Counted from the first letter of the stretch, positions 42,725-57,831 are shown. The stretch: 64,000 bases of DNA from Octopus vulgaris (GCA_951406725.2 OX597824.1:1674001-1738000), one strand, 5' to 3'. Notes: generated by a model from the sequence alone, not told the origin. Program-made: numbers and translations.

Positions 42725-42845
42725 GACTGGATCAACGTAAAATGAAGCGCATTATGGAAGGAAACAACGCACTCAAGACTAGGAATCGAACCTAATAATT
42801 TATAATGCTAAGCCTAACACCCTAATAAATAAGACACGTGTCTTG
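42725..42845 (-). mobile_element. Degenerate tRNA-SINE (family C)
   Basis: aggaatcgaacc is a reverse B-box; similar to 49745-49935. Confidence 0.5.
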
Positions 42846-43191
42846 ATAAAGATAGTATTATATATATATATATATATATATATAAGGATAAGATCGTTAA
42901 TTTAAAAATAAAATAACGATTTTATCAAGTGGTCAGCATGGAAAAAATAACCTTCAAATGTAATAATTATTAAAATTATAAATTAGGGTATCTACGAGAT
43001 ACCACCATGCTGAAAATAGCAGCCATGATCTGACTCTAAAACCACGTTAATAGTCCATATATCAATACAGAGAGAAAACAAAGAGACAAAATGAAACTAG
43101 TAAAAAATTACTGGATAATTCTAGATCCCGGATTTCTGACTTTGCATTTAGTAATGCTTTGATTCGTCAGTAGAATACACACAGAAGAGAA

Positions 43192-43264
<73 letters not shown>

Positions 43265-43560
43265 TGTGTGTGTGTGTGTGTATTTATATATATATATATA
43301 TGTAAAACAGTCCAGCACATCATATCAAAGTCAAAAGGATTATTATTGAAAAATATACAAGTGCTAATGTACACTGTGGAAATCCTCTAAAAACATTTTA
43401 TTTTGTATGGATATATTACACCTTCGGGGCTTATGTTCTAAACGGTAATTGGAAACTGGTTTTAAATGGAATTTTCATCATCATATAGGATTTCCTTTAT
43501 AATTGGATGTTAAATAATCTGCAATTTCTTGTTACTTAGAGCCATATAATTTTGGTTCTG

Positions 43561-43620
<60 letters not shown>

Positions 43621-43779
43621 GGTTTGAATACTGATGACACTGAGAGTTCTCCTTCATCTTCTTTATTTTTCTTCTTCTTCTTCTTATTATTATTATTGAT
43701 ATTCCTATCGTTCTAAAATGCAAAAGAGTGTTGATTTAATGATGCTGTCATTTCCAATTCACCCGGAATGTGTACCTTT

Positions 43780-43965
43780 ACTTGTTTCAGTTGAGTGCAG
43801 CCATGATGGAGCAACGCCTGGAAGTCTTTAGTCGAACTAATCGACGCTAGTTCTTATCTATTTACTTCAATTCTGGTATTTATTCTATCGGCTACTTTTG
43901 AGAAATGAATAATTTACAGGAATGTAATCCAACCAACGGCGGTGGCGAGACAGACACAAAGACAA
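43780..43965 (-). mobile_element. SINE family B, 3' half
   Basis: Reverse complement of the tail (cttgtttcagt...gcagccatgatggagca...tattctatcgg). Confidence 0.65.
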
Positions 43966-44556
43966 AGCTGCAGCACCACACATTAATGTATCGGACTGGC
44001 CATCGCTGGATGCAGAAATTATTAGATTTTCAATCATTATAGATATCTAGCATAAACACAATTCACTCTCATATGAAGCCACTAGAATTAAAAGTTCCAT
44101 TTTGGCAACTTTTCAATAGAAAGTCTCTTAAGTAGTCATCAGTTCTCCAGTGAAGCTGCTCTGTGCAGACTGGACATTTCTTATTGCGGTTCTGGTTAAA
44201 TGCTATTTATCAAGTGAGAGATTATGGTTTTAAACCATGTTGAAACTGAAAGAGAGCGACAGCGTCGTATTAGCTCTCTCTACGCGTTATGCCCACTGCA
44301 TACGTCCAGACATCAGCAGTACGCACATGTGCGCATATCAATTTGTGTCTGAGTGAGTGTGTGTGTGTGTATTGTAGTTTATATGTACGCCAGAAAGAGA
44401 ACTCAATAAAGGCATTGAGTGTATATTATATGCTGTTATAGCGGAGTAGCTTGAATTCTTGACTCGATGATCCGGCGTTTCGTCGTGAAACACTCGTTGA
44501 GAGTGACAAATATAAGCGAATAAATAAATGAATATATATGAGGTATGTATATGTAT

Positions 44557-44594
<38 letters not shown>

Positions 44595-44724
44595 ATGATT
44601 AAATTATAACAGTTATTACAGTCCATTGTTTGCATTGCTGTGTCATTCAAAATATTCTCTTCTTTACGAACAATATACAGTTATTCAAGCGAACTACAAT
44701 ATTCTCATATATATATATATATAT

Positions 44725-44945
44725 ATATGTTTCAGACGGTATATATATGTGTGTTTATGTATGTATGTATATATATATATATTTAAGACGCTATATATAT
44801 GTGTGTTTATGTATGTATGTATATATATATATATATTTAAGACGCTATATATATGTGTGTTTATGTATGTATGTATATATATATATATATTTAAGACGCT
44901 ATATATATGTGTGTTTATGTATATATATATATATATATATATATT
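44725..44945. repeat. Minisatellite of about 52 bp units (ttaagacgctatatatatgtgtgtttatgtatgtatg(ta)n) x4
   Basis: Direct reading. Confidence 0.9.
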
Positions 44946-45579
44946 TTAGAAGAAATATGGTTTTGGGGTTTTTGTGTGTGTGCGAGTGTATCTGAAAGAA
45001 GTGTCAATGGAAAAGAGAAGGAAAGAATTAGCCTGAAAGCTCTTGCATACGCCCTCAATCAGTGACGCAACGTTGATTAGCAAGGACGGGGAGGTCACTG
45101 ACACCAAATTAAAATATTACGTGCAAAAACTACGCATGATTTATTGTGTATAATATAATCAAGCAATGATATTTGAACCATGATACATCGTCCAGACTTA
45201 TAGGGAAAACGAATGAACAATATTATTGAATTACACATGGTATTCGAAAAGGAATCAATGTATAGAAACAGTCTATTGAGAGGCATCGTAAATTAAAGAA
45301 AAATTAATATTAAAACGCATGCTTTACTTCCAGAAACTCATCACATGTGTTGACAATTTTTTATGACCTGAGCCACTGATGTATTATACCACAACCTGCT
45401 TGAATGAATCAGCACATGATTTCAGTAGTCAAAATCAGTCCACGTCTTTAATCGTTTTCAATTACAATGAAATACTTGTCATCTCTAATAATCCTCCTTC
45501 TCTATAAGGGAAGGAATTTTTACTAATATGCCATGCATATTCTTACTATGATTGTAATCCACTGAAACATTACTATAAA

Positions 45580-45654
<75 letters not shown>

Positions 45655-45798
45655 ATATATATATATATATATGTGTGTATATATATATATATATATAAGT
45701 GTGTGTGTGTGTGTGCGTGTGTGTGCATGTGTATGTGTACATGTGTGTGTATAATTCAATAAGTTGCACTCAACAAGAAGGAATACAGAGGAACATAT

Positions 45799-47023
45799 AT
45801 TTGCAATCACTACAATTGTTTCCACGCAACGTAGTTCTCTAGGGTTGAAGGTATTTAGTTATGCAACTGTTTCCCTGCACTGTGAAATCTTGTGTTTCAT
45901 CAATGTATATATAGATATTGTTTTGTGTTCCGCAAACTATGTATATTTGGATATGTATCTATGTACGCACGCGTGTGTATATATCTATCTGAGCGTATGC
46001 ATGTCTGACTATGTATGGTTATGTGTGTATGCACAGGCATATACAAAATACGTACTTGCAGTATGTGGGGGTGTGAACGTATGTATATATATATATATAT
46101 ATATATATACTTATATATGTATGGGTGTGCGTGTGTATGTATATATATGTAAGCATGTATGTATATGCGTACGTATGTGTATATCTAACATTCCTGTGAG
46201 TGTGTATGAATTTTATATGTAGGCGTACATTCACGTACGTATGCGTATATGTATAGATGAGGGCATGTATGTGTACATATGGGTGTGAATGTATGTAGAA
46301 AGATGTATATGTTCAAGTAAGTTCATCACTGAAATGACCGGTAAATTCTTAAAGGTCAGCCAGTGAATGTGTATCCGGCCATGAAGAATCAATCGACGAG
46401 AGAAACTGACATTCCCTCTAAAATGGACCTTAATACTTTATTTCATCGAATTGACCATGAAGTCGTACATAGATAAAGGTAGCTGCGGGCTGGACAGAGA
46501 CATTAATGTGTATGAAAACGACAAAGATGGAAAAAAATGTTAATTATAGGAGGCGCACCGACGCCCGCCGACCGATAACCCCTCGAAATCATTGTTCAAT
46601 TTAAATCAATATAAATCAAAATTTTAATCAAAAAAATTTCAAAAATTAAGATTACAAATTACAAAAATATATTTTTCATTATTCTTCGTCTTCCTCATCC
46701 CAAGGAAGTTTTCAGCCGTCTGCAGGAAAGCCTGCATCGGCAGCCCCGGACAGCATGGACCTTAATACTTACCTTCCAAAGAATAGTCACCCTCCCACTC
46801 AAAGCAGGTTCATCGACAGACTTCCAACCGCAACACATCTTTTGATATATTGAGCGCATAGTCGCGACAGGAAATTTGAGTTTACAGAACACAGAAACAA
46901 TATTTATATATAACCTGATGAAACACAACAAGATTTCACAGTGCAGGGAAATGCTTACGTAACCAAATACCTGCGAGCCTGGAGGAATAAGTTGCGTGGA
47001 AACAATTGCAGTGATAACAAATC
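45799..47023. repeat. Diverged inverted repeat pair (45799-45938 and 46879-47023)
   Basis: caattgtttccacgcaac and tttccctgcactgtgaaatcttg blocks occur in opposite orientation. Confidence 0.85.
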
Positions 47024-47260
47024 AATCTTCGATTATTTGTTTCAGTGTGTACGTTTGCATTAGTATGAATACATAGTGAATGAGGTAGGAATATTCATAC
47101 ATACATATATGCATACATACGAGCATCCAGGCATACATCCATACCTATATATATGTATATACATACATACATGCATGCAAACATATATGCATACACATAT
47201 ATAAATATATATTTATATACTTAAATGAATATATGTACATCGAAATACATATGCATATGG

Positions 47261-47303
<43 letters not shown>

Positions 47304-47931
47304 TGTGAGTGTATGTGTGTGTGTGTGTGCGCGCGTAGTACTATATTAGAATCATAAGTGTACAAAATTCATTACTGGTTTTATTGTATTTTAATGGAAA
47401 ACAGAAAAATTGAATACATTCTGCTGTTTACTCTTATAACTTAAAGTAAAACTCATGAGATTTTCGACATTGGATGACTTCATGATTTAGAAGAAAGACA
47501 AAGCGACTCCATCTTGCTTTTATTTACTCAAAATTCGCAAAATAGAAGATATGAAATTCTAGATTAAGTGAAATTTTAGGACAAAGAACACACTTCTTTC
47601 CCACAGTCCTATACGCACCACGACACACACACACACACACACACGTATGCACACACACACACACACACAATAGAAAGCATAATGACCTTAAATTCTTACA
47701 ATGCTGACAACGATGATGATGATGACTGGATGAGAATGAAATTGACTTTAGTATTTGATTGGAATTTTAAGTACGACATCTGAGTACGCAGTACAAGTGG
47801 GAAAACAAAATTTATAGGTATGAACTGGAAATCAAATTATTCGGAATAACTGCAAACTTTCACAAGCCGGGTGATTACGGTGATGATGAAAATCACAATA
47901 AGAATAATAATAGAAATAATAATGATAATAA

Positions 47932-48195
47932 TAATACGAAGGTTGTGGTCAATGAAGAGAGTAGATGTGATGCCAATAGTAACTGGAAGTATCAGCACGC
48001 AACTACTAACATGGCTGAAAAAGATCGGTGCAAGTGTAAAGGTAGAACACCTACAAAAATCAGCATTGCTTGGAACTGCAAGAATTCTTCGTAGGATTCT
48101 TAAAGTATGACCAGTAAACAAGTGTCACCTCAGTCTGCTGGCTGTGGACAGCTGACACTTTCCATCATGCCCAGCAAAATATGCCGTGAGTTTTC

Positions 48196-48197
<2 letters not shown>
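47932..48197 (+). mobile_element. R4/Dong-type LINE 3' end with (AAT)n tail
   Basis: IRRLWSMKRVDVMPIVTG...EHLQKSALLGTARILRRILKV*, short UTR, then (AAT)n at 48198-48262. Confidence 0.9.
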
Positions 48198-48262
<65 letters not shown>

Positions 48263-48420
48263 CTAAAAACAGAAACAATTCCTATCATAGAGGGCGCATT
48301 AGGTGTGATAAAATGTTTTTCAGACAAATACATAACAAAAACACCAGGACGAACGAGTATATATAATCAGCAGAAAATAGCACTACCCGGCACCGCATAC
48401 ATCATATGAAAAACACCTTG
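48263..48420 (+). mobile_element. Second R4/Dong-type 3' fragment (different subfamily)
   Basis: LKTETIPIIEGALGVIK...QKIALPGTAYII; homologue at 60130-60395 on minus strand. Confidence 0.85.
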
Positions 48421-48718
48421 AACAGACGCTCAAGCAAAATGGTAGGATTACAACCGTATTCAACTTTTCCCTTTTTCTTCTCTATGCTTTTCCTCTTTAT
48501 TTATTCTTCATTCTGAAACGGTTCTATTTTTCAAATCGGTTTTGTTACCAAATATGATAAATGTTTTTTTACATATCAATGGGAATACCAAACAACGATG
48601 GGAGCAAATACAGCTCTTAGATGGGAGGCAGTCTATTTGTGTTGAATTAATAAATTATAATTAATGTAAGGCAATTGTTGTTCATTGATATGTCTCCATT
48701 TCCCGTCTTCTTTAAATT

Positions 48719-48804
<86 letters not shown>

Positions 48805-48987
48805 ACCCAAACAATATAGCACAAAAAAACCCACAACAACGCGAGGACATGGAACAAATACATATTATTGGACGCTCAGGAAAGAAGGAAAGAAAGAGGG
48901 TTTAACGTTTCGAGCGGAGCTCTTCGTTGGAAACATAGGAGAAAGAAAGATCCAGAGAAGGGAAGACAGAGGAAAAAAATCGCCAAT

Positions 48988-48992
<5 letters not shown>
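48805..48992 (-). mobile_element. Family H1 element with a mutated hammerhead core (CCAACGA)
   Basis: Homologous to 63308-63515; bounded by (TA)n on both sides. Confidence 0.85.
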
Positions 48993-49054
<62 letters not shown>

Positions 49055-49228
49055 TAGATAGATAGATATATAATACAGCATTCTGCATATTATATTTTTG
49101 TATGTACAAAACAAATAAAAGCCAATATATTTATGCATTCGTTAGAGACCATAAACATACATAAACACGTTCAGCACACTACTACTACTACTACTACTAC
49201 TAATAATAATATTAAAAATAATAATAAT

Positions 49229-49261
<33 letters not shown>

Positions 49262-49744
49262 TATTATTATTATCATTAAAAGCCGACAACAAATATCACC
49301 CATTTCAAAAACAAGACCGGAAATTAGATAACTATTATTCTTTTATATTCTTTCAATGATGGACTGATAGAATACGAAGCTTACTCTTTTCATACGACAT
49401 CGTCAGAATACCTTTGGCAATGTCACTAGTTACTGCAACAACAGACATTGTAATAACGCTGCAGTTCTTTTCCGTAATCGTTTTCCGTTCTGGCTGATAT
49501 TAAAGACATTCAACGTCCCGTTCTGTGTATGTTTCCTTCAGTAATCCACGTCTGTAGCAATGTTTCCTTTGAATCGTTACATTAAAGTTAGGAAATATTT
49601 ACATACATCTCCATGAAGTTGAAAAAACAATTACCGTGACTGAAACATTTAGCTACAATTTAGAAAAGTTTTGCGCATTGGAATATTCACTGAGAGTGTC
49701 ACTTAGGCAATCAGTAAGAAAACTGAGATATTAAGAATCTTACA

Positions 49745-49935
49745 TGGCGCTCCGTCGGTTACGACAACGAGGGTTCCAGTTCATTTGATCAACGGAACAG
49801 TAGGGTTCGCCACCCACCCCCTGCCGGAACCTCATGGAGCTTTGGGTGTTTTTGCTCAATAAACATTCACAACCCTCGGTCTGGGAATCGAAACCGCGGT
49901 CCTATGGCGGCGAGTCCTTGCGCTTCTACATTAAC
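49745..49935 (-). mobile_element. tRNA-SINE family C fragment
   Basis: gggaatcgaaacc reverse B-box, tgtttttgctcaa core-like motif. Confidence 0.55.
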
Positions 49936-51335
49936 ACCCCAATATACTGATAAACTCATTTCCAGAAAAAAATAATTTACGTATGGAAATTACCTGACAA
50001 AAAAGGCACAAAATCTCCCTAAATTCACACACATTCTTCAACATGGCTCCGTTCGCAAAAAGGTAATGGGTGTTCATGAATTGCATGTATACGCGCGCAA
50101 CCCAACGCACGCACGCACGCACAGAAACACATACACACACTTATAATGTTTCCTCTAAGATGTATTGAATTTAACACCCAATTACCTAAGAGCGAAACAG
50201 CTGTATCCTTATAAGTGTAGTTACGTAACTCTGTTCTTGTGTCAGTTATTAATCGGTATGTGCGTGTGTGTGTATGTGTGTGTGTATGTTTATATGTGTG
50301 TGTTCTGCTATTCTACCGTCTGGCGGTAAACTCTATTCAAACCGCGCTTATTAATTAATTACACGTTAATCTGTTTGTGTATAAAACAGACAGAATCAGC
50401 AGCAGTTATGAGACAATAGTTCGATGATATATTTACATGAATACACTTTGTCCCATAAATTAACTTTGTGCTTTTGTATTTTAGAAATAACAACAAATGG
50501 AATACTTTTTTTTTCAGCGGAGTAAAAAATAAATGTATTATACTATATATTGGTATTTTGGTATTTGGCTAGTTGCCACCGACACACACTTTCATTCTAG
50601 GGAAGCATATGAGCAGATCAAATGGAAAGCTTCAAGAAGACGCGTTAAGACAAACCGAAAGCATAGAAACGAATTTACCTGAACAAGTCAGCCGCTTCTA
50701 ATCCAGTAACCATTCACCATTTCGCATTTTACTATCGCATTCTCAGCACATTGTGTATTTGTTTCGCTAATGCATGTAAATTTATATCACGGACACCTCA
50801 GTATATCGCGGATTGCTGCGGCCAATAGGTATTTAATTTTTTTTAGATTTTAATTATTTTTGTGGTAAAATAAACATTTTCAGTTCTTGGCGTAACACAT
50901 CACACGACCTGAATGAATGGAATCACAATTTTCATCATAGGAACTTGCAGTCAACACTTTTATTCAATGACAAAATATTGGTCGCCGAATAATTAATCGG
51001 ACATTTCGTTCAAATAATATTACAAACGGACCGTTGAGTGGGTTCTGAAATGATTCACTTGAGAAATTCAAGGATATCAGGGAACAACTTTTCGAATTGA
51101 ATTGCTTGCAATTTCCAGACAAGGAATGTTTTGCTCTGTCTATCAACAAGTTCCAAAAGCAAATATGATTTATGGATCAAAACTGCAGGGTTCCTCGGGG
51201 AATATATTTATATTACAAAAATGAAATCATAATCATATTCTATTCAGAGCTTCAGTTCAATGCAAACTTCCGCAATACAGAATTACAGATCGTATCTATG
51301 GAATTTTGATTTACTGCCGGGGGACTTTTGGCCAA

Positions 51336-51383
<48 letters not shown>

Positions 51384-51590
51384 ACATATATATATATAAT
51401 CTGTAAATCTGTATGGACTCAAATGGAAAAATCTGTCGCACCAGAAGGACTTAAGTTTGAACAATTTTCATGATGTGACATATTTAGATGCTTTTATCAA
51501 ATTCGTTCATTTGTTAAACATAAATAAATCTTGGAATTAAATGGTTTTGATTTACTGTCAGGTGACTTTTCGTCAATTCAGTATATATAA

Positions 51591-51639
51591 CAAAACTGTC
51601 CGACGAACGGAATCGTGAAACTCCGAGTACCAGTTTTTG
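51591..51639 (+). ncRNA. Minimal hammerhead motif (family H4; element about 51580-51745)
   Basis: aaaactgt CCGACGA ACG gaat CGT GAA ACTC c GAGT A ccagtttt: 7-bp stem I, 3-bp stem II, near-palindromic stem III. Confidence 0.7.
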
Positions 51640-51854
51640 TGATATTTCTGCTGCTTTTAATAAAGAATATTACTCTACCTCTGGTATTTGAATATTGTTT
51701 TTTTTCCCATCTTGTTTCGCATTTATGTGTTTACTCCGGTATATATATTTATATACGAATATATAACTTTGATACCTTGATAGTTTCCGGACAGTATAGG
51801 CCCAAGCCATGCCTAAATATATGCAAGTATGTATGTGTATATATTTCTATATAC

Positions 51855-51908
<54 letters not shown>

Positions 51909-54166
51909 TATGTGATAGATATGAATTATATTAAATATATGTGTATGCAGGCATGAAGATATGTATATGCTTGTATATATATATATATATACGTATATAC
52001 ATATAAGTATATATGAGTTTGTGTGTGTGTGCTGCCTATATAACAAGTCATGTAGGCAATAAATGTCCACAAATTCTTACACGCTCAGAAACACACACAC
52101 GCATTGCCATACATAGTTTGATGCGCGTGAGAGTAAAATCCCGAAATGCAGAAATGAAGAAGAGGATTCGATTCGTGGAGGGACGTCGTTATAAATTTTT
52201 ACTTATATGGTTTCCGTTCTGCGAGCTTATCTCACGTTATCATTCTCAGGCTGGAGAATGATTAATATCAAGAACACACGAATCTCGCGCCGGCATTATT
52301 TACACAGGATGTGATGGAAAGAAGGAAAGAACTAGGCCAGAAGTGAATATGATGAAGGAGAGTGAAATAAGGGAGAGAGAAACAGAGATGAAGAGAAATA
52401 CAAAACATATGAAAGAGATTGAGGCCAGGCTTTATAAACGACAGCCATGAAGTTAGACTATCAAATGTGAGAAATGTAAATCTTCAAATTCTATTAGATT
52501 TTCTGGAAATATATATAGGAAAAATCTATTCAAAGCTATAAAATTTGATAAATTCTAACACAAACGTTAATCCATCATGAGAGATGTGTAAGCAGAGTCA
52601 GTACTTAAATAGTCAACCAATTATGGCATTTACTAAAAACCGCTACATTCCAGTCTATAGTTAAGTAACAGCAACTATTTTCGAAAGTAAGATTTTCCAA
52701 TGCAGATTAAATGGTGAGTATTTCGTGCAAAGGAATATTTGAATTCTGTGTAATGCATATATTTCTCTTAAATTAGGTACATTGTCAGAAAAATGTTCAA
52801 TCAATGCAATACAGTTTCGAATTAAAGAGTGTAAAGCATGAATATTGACCATAATCTTGCATGTATCCAAATATCTAACTACATATATCACACACACGAC
52901 ATTCACGAACTTGATCGTACATCAATCATAATATTTATATGTATATGTGCTTGTATATATGTATGTATGAAAATATATATGTATAATCATTAATGTATAA
53001 TCATTAATGCGGGAACTTAATTAAGCAATTTGCGATGCTTCGTAGTAGAGAGTGGTATATGTGTATCCCTGATTAGATTAATCTATTTGAGACGATTGCC
53101 ATCTAACTTAAGGAATATATAGCAACAACGAAGCTGGCAAGAGAGACAGAAACTATTCTATTTTGGAAATAGTTGAATAATATGAGATAAATACTGAAGA
53201 TGAGACCACGCTAGGCTTACTGTGTATGGAAACATGCCTTTTCTGGTTAATAAGGGACAAAGGTACACCTATAGCATGGGTCGAATTAGCTTCATATTTG
53301 TCGGCATTGTTAGGGAGTAAGGTCTCGTCGGAAGGTATCGTAAGTGTTGAGATATCCAGTCTACAGTTAATGAAAGGAATAGCCTGTAGAGTAAACTATA
53401 TGTTAAATGTGTCTGTGTGTATGTGTGCATTTGTGTGTGTGTGTGTGTGTGTGAACGCACGTATTTGTGTATACGCGTGTATATGTACGTGTGCGTGAAC
53501 GCGCATGAAAGTTTTATAATATTCGACTCCTATTGAAGGAAAGATGTGTAGATACTTATCGCTTTATTTCCAACGGCTTGTACTGTGATCTGTACAATTC
53601 CAGCCTTGATCAGCAGGTAGGTCATTTATCGATTGGCCTAGTACTCGTCCCTATAATGGTCCTTCAATCTACTGCAGCCAAATTCGGGTTCAGGAGATTT
53701 GTTTACTTCTTGTAGAGAATCGACCGATCACTGTCAAACTTAAACGTCATTTCAGGAGCGAGTAATTGATAGTATGTGGCGCGTATCACATGTCATAACT
53801 AGTAAAATAAGGGTTTTGTGTTTGTGGGAAGAATTAAATTCGAAAAAGTAAATTCAAAAAGATTATGTCTGTGTATACATGGGTAATACAACATCTGGTG
53901 AAGGACGCGACACACTTTGCATGATATTAAACCTATACGCATACAGACACGTGCGGAATCTCAAGTGCGGGAACATGCATACACTCACACACACACACAT
54001 ATATATATATGCATCTACATACCTATTACACACTCATAAGTTGCATATATGTGTGTGTGCGTGAGTAGGCATACATATGCAGAGGAAAACACACAAACAT
54101 ATGTATACGCAGACACATACACAGGCAATGCACTCGCTTATATCTGTGTGTGTGCGTGTATGTGTG

Positions 54167-54228
<62 letters not shown>

Positions 54229-55386
54229 TATACACATGTGTGCGTGTGTGTATGCGTATGTATCTGTGTGTATGTGTGCTTGTATTCTATTTTTAATTAA
54301 GATTCGTTCTCCACGTATCATCATTTTCAGGGTTATTTGAGATAATGTTTGCATTTGTAAGATTTCAGAGAAATTTTATATCTCAATTACAAAACAGGAT
54401 TAACAGAGAAATATATTCGTTTGTTTTCTTTAACGTATCTCTTCTAGATGCATCGCAAAGAGATTATAGCTAATATTAGTCATTCGTAGCTACTAAAAAC
54501 TTAGATTTCATAGAGAAAAATCAATACTTTTTTTTTTTTAAAGAATAACCTAGATTGTTCTGGAAGTAAAACAGAATTACAATAACCAACTCAAGAATTT
54601 CATTAAAACACCAAATGTGTGAAACGCTCACGAAATCAGTTATTTCTGGTGTTCTGCCGTATACTTCTGCCCCTCCACTCAATCTTGTTTTGCGTTTATT
54701 TGATGGTTTTTTTTTTACCTGATAAATCGTTCATTATATTCATATTTTCCACAAGTGACTTCTCTTCTACTTTTGTTTCGGAGCAATTTTCTGACGAGAT
54801 AATAGATGTTTGAATGCTTTAGGCAGTGTTTTGCTCATAAAGATATGTCTTATTGAAATACTGTGCCAGATTATGGCATAAGCCGCAGAGTCCCTAAGTG
54901 GCCACCTGCTAGCTTGTCAGAAATAATTGCTAAATATCATTTCAAATTAAATAATACTGGCTTCGAAACGACGAACACATTTCATTATGGAATTCTTTGC
55001 ATATTATATCTAAGGGAGTTCGAGGTTGAAATCATATTGGTTTCCCCATTGGTGATGACTTTCGACTACATATACATCCCAACAAAAACATCAGCAACAT
55101 TAGCACAAATAAAACAACAGCAGCAGAGGCGACGGTGAAAATATAAACAGTAGAATCATCAACGTCTACATAAACGATAAAAATTGCAGCAAAAATAATA
55201 GCAAGAAAAAACCATCATCAATATGAACAGCATGAACATCATCACAATCCACAACTATAACAAAATATACAACTTATTTTTCACACTCGTTACGGTTGAA
55301 TCTAACAGATATTTCACCATGTACCGTTGGTTTGAAAAAAGCAATAATTTGCCGTGTGTTCTTGGATAACATACCTTCTTACGCAT

Positions 55387-55656
55387 GGGGCTGGCAAGAA
55401 AGTAATTTCGGTTTTTTACTGTGAAATAGATTTCTTTTCATTCAATGAATGAAGTTTAATCAATTATATATATTTTATTTTGTTCGATGACCTTTTGTCA
55501 ATTTCATGATTCTGCGTTCATTGAACTTTTGGTCCCTATCAGCCAAAATCTGAAGCAAGTGCGATTTCAGGTCATCATCATTATTGAAAGTTTTACCATT
55601 CACAGAATTGTTGAAACTTCGAAATAAATGGCAATTTGATGGTGCAAGGTCAGAAG
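55387..55656 (-). mobile_element. Mariner (DD34D) transposase C-terminal remnant with TIR
   Basis: SDLAPSNCHLFRSFNNSVNGKTFNNDDDLKSHL...QKVIEQN..YIID*; TIR-like ggggctggcaagaaagtaatttcggtttt. Confidence 0.88.
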
Positions 55657-55659
55657 TAA

Positions 55660-57380
55660 AAGCTAGAAAGGAAAATCTAACGATAGCATGGGTAGATTAT
55701 AGGGAAGCCTAAGATATGATCGCACTCTCATGGATAAGTGAATGTTTGAGTATATTCAGGATGGCAGACAACGTAAGAGAATTAATTAGCTTTAACATGA
55801 AGAAATGGAATGATCTCTACTCTGGTGACAGATTCTTAGAGAAAGTTAATATCAAAAGAGGAATTTCCCAGGGGAATTCATTGTCCACTTTAATATTTGC
55901 CTTATGTTTGATTCCCCTCAGTTTAGTATTAAGGAAGGCAAATGCAGGGTATCAGTTCAGAAATAGTAATGGGAAATTAACCATTTGCTCGACATGGATG
56001 ATCTGAAGCTTTCTCATAAGAATGAAAAAGAGATAGATTCCTTAATACAGACTGTAAGACTCTTCAGCAAAGACAGTGGCATGGAATTTGGCATAGATAA
56101 GTGAGCAATATCAGTCATGAGAATAAGAGAGGTAGCCAACAGCGAAGGTATCCATTTATTAGATGGCCAAACAATAATATCATTCAACGGAAGAGAGAGT
56201 TATAACTCTGACTGAATGCCAACTATAGAAATGAGAACGAAAATTGAGAAGGAATACATCGGGAGGGTGAGGAAGCTAATAAAGTCAAAGCTAAATGGTC
56301 TGAATCTAGTAAAGGCTTATACAAAAACTGAATTGGTACAGCTACACAGAATAACTAGGAAGAAATTCAATATGAATGTAGGACTCCACAGAAGAACAGC
56401 AGTAGAAAGATTATGTGTTCCTAGAATGGATGGCGGAAATGCTTAATATCAGTAGCAGACAGCTTGGAGATAGCGAGAGTAGATATATACTCCTAAGTAG
56501 TTAATAGTGAGGAAAGTTTATTAAAAGCTGGTAGTGTCACAGCAAGACATAGGGAAACTAAAAACCAGAAAAAAGAACAGAAATTATCTGACTGGCAGGA
56601 GAAGGTGTTGCATGGCAGATTCCCAAAGATAGTTGCAGCAAGTAGCAGTGGAACATAGTTTCGACTGCAGAAAGGAAAGCTGAGGCAGGAGACAAAGTGT
56701 GTTGGTAACAGCATAGGATCAAGCTTTAAGGACTAATTAATTGGATAACAACCAAGATAGATAAAGTAGATTCCCAATGTAGGCTATGCAAATTAAAAGA
56801 GAAAAGTGTTACTCATAAAGTAAGTGAATGTAGCATGCTGGCGCAGGAAGAATACAAGAAAAGGCATGACAACCTAGAGAGAGTAGAGTAATCCACTAGG
56901 AGTTATGTAGAAAGCTAGGACTTGAACCTTCTAAAGCACTAGCAGGAGAGAAATACAAGATGTGAGACTCTAACATTCAGACTTACAGAGTAATAGAAGC
57001 TAAAAGGTCTGCTTTAGTAGTAGCAGATAAAGAGAATAGAAAGTGTCAGATAATTAACTTTATTGTCCTAAATGATGAAAATAATCAGTATGAGAGGTAT
57101 AGAAAAAATAGCAAAAGTACCAGGACCAAGCCATTGAATTACGGAGACTATGGAAAATGCGGGTAAAATGAATACCTGTAGTTATAGGTGCATTGGGAAC
57201 TATCTCTAAAGATCTGAATAGATGGACAAAGGAAATAGGCATAAAAAACAAGTTTAGTACAGCTACTGAAAACAGTTATTAGTGAGAGCTAGGATACTTA
57301 TAAGAGTTCTTGGCATCTAAGTTTACTTGTAGCCCGATGTTAGGATTTTTGTTCAAATAGTCTAACCAGTTGTGTGCATA
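55660..57380 (+). mobile_element. 5'-truncated R4/Dong-type LINE (RT, CCHC, REL), decayed
   Basis: AWVDYREA*DMI...KRGISQGNSLS...MDDLKL...GMEFGIDK; CRLCK...H...C...RHDN; KYQDQAIELRRLWK...PVVIGALG; followed by (AAT/AGT)n. Confidence 0.92.
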
Positions 57381-57489
57381 CGAAAATAATAATAGTAATA
57401 ATAATAGTAATAATAATAGTAATAATAACAAACAGACAGACAGACAGACAGAGGAATAGAGGAAATAAACATAAAAGCCAGTTTGGTAC

Positions 57490-57605
57490 TGCTCCAGAAA
57501 ACAATGTTATTAGTGACAGCTGGGACACTTTGGAGGGTTCTTGGCTTCTTAGATTACTTGTTGTAGCCCGATATTAGACATTTCTCTTTTCTAATATGTT
57601 GTGTG
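57490..57605 (+). mobile_element. Additional R4/Dong-type extreme 3' end
   Basis: Shares ctccagaaaaca...gttcttggc...ttacttgt...agcccgat with 57265-57340. Confidence 0.7.
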
Positions 57606-57609
57606 TATC

Positions 57610-57779
57610 ACAATAATAACAGTAATAGTAATAATAGTAATAATAATAATAATAACAATAATAATAATAATGATGATGATGATGATGATAATAGTAGTAG
57701 TATAGTAGTAGTAGTAATAATAATAACAATAGTAATAAATAATAATAGTAGTAATAATGATAGTAGTAGTAGTAGTAGT

Positions 57780-57831
<52 letters not shown>

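Noticed and set aside
44725-44945. Regularly spaced repeats resembling a CRISPR array
   Set aside because: Spacers are identical microsatellite sequence; eukaryotic minisatellite, no cas genes
46916-46965. CTGATGA...GAAA hammerhead-like string
   Set aside because: No convincing stem I or stem II pairing
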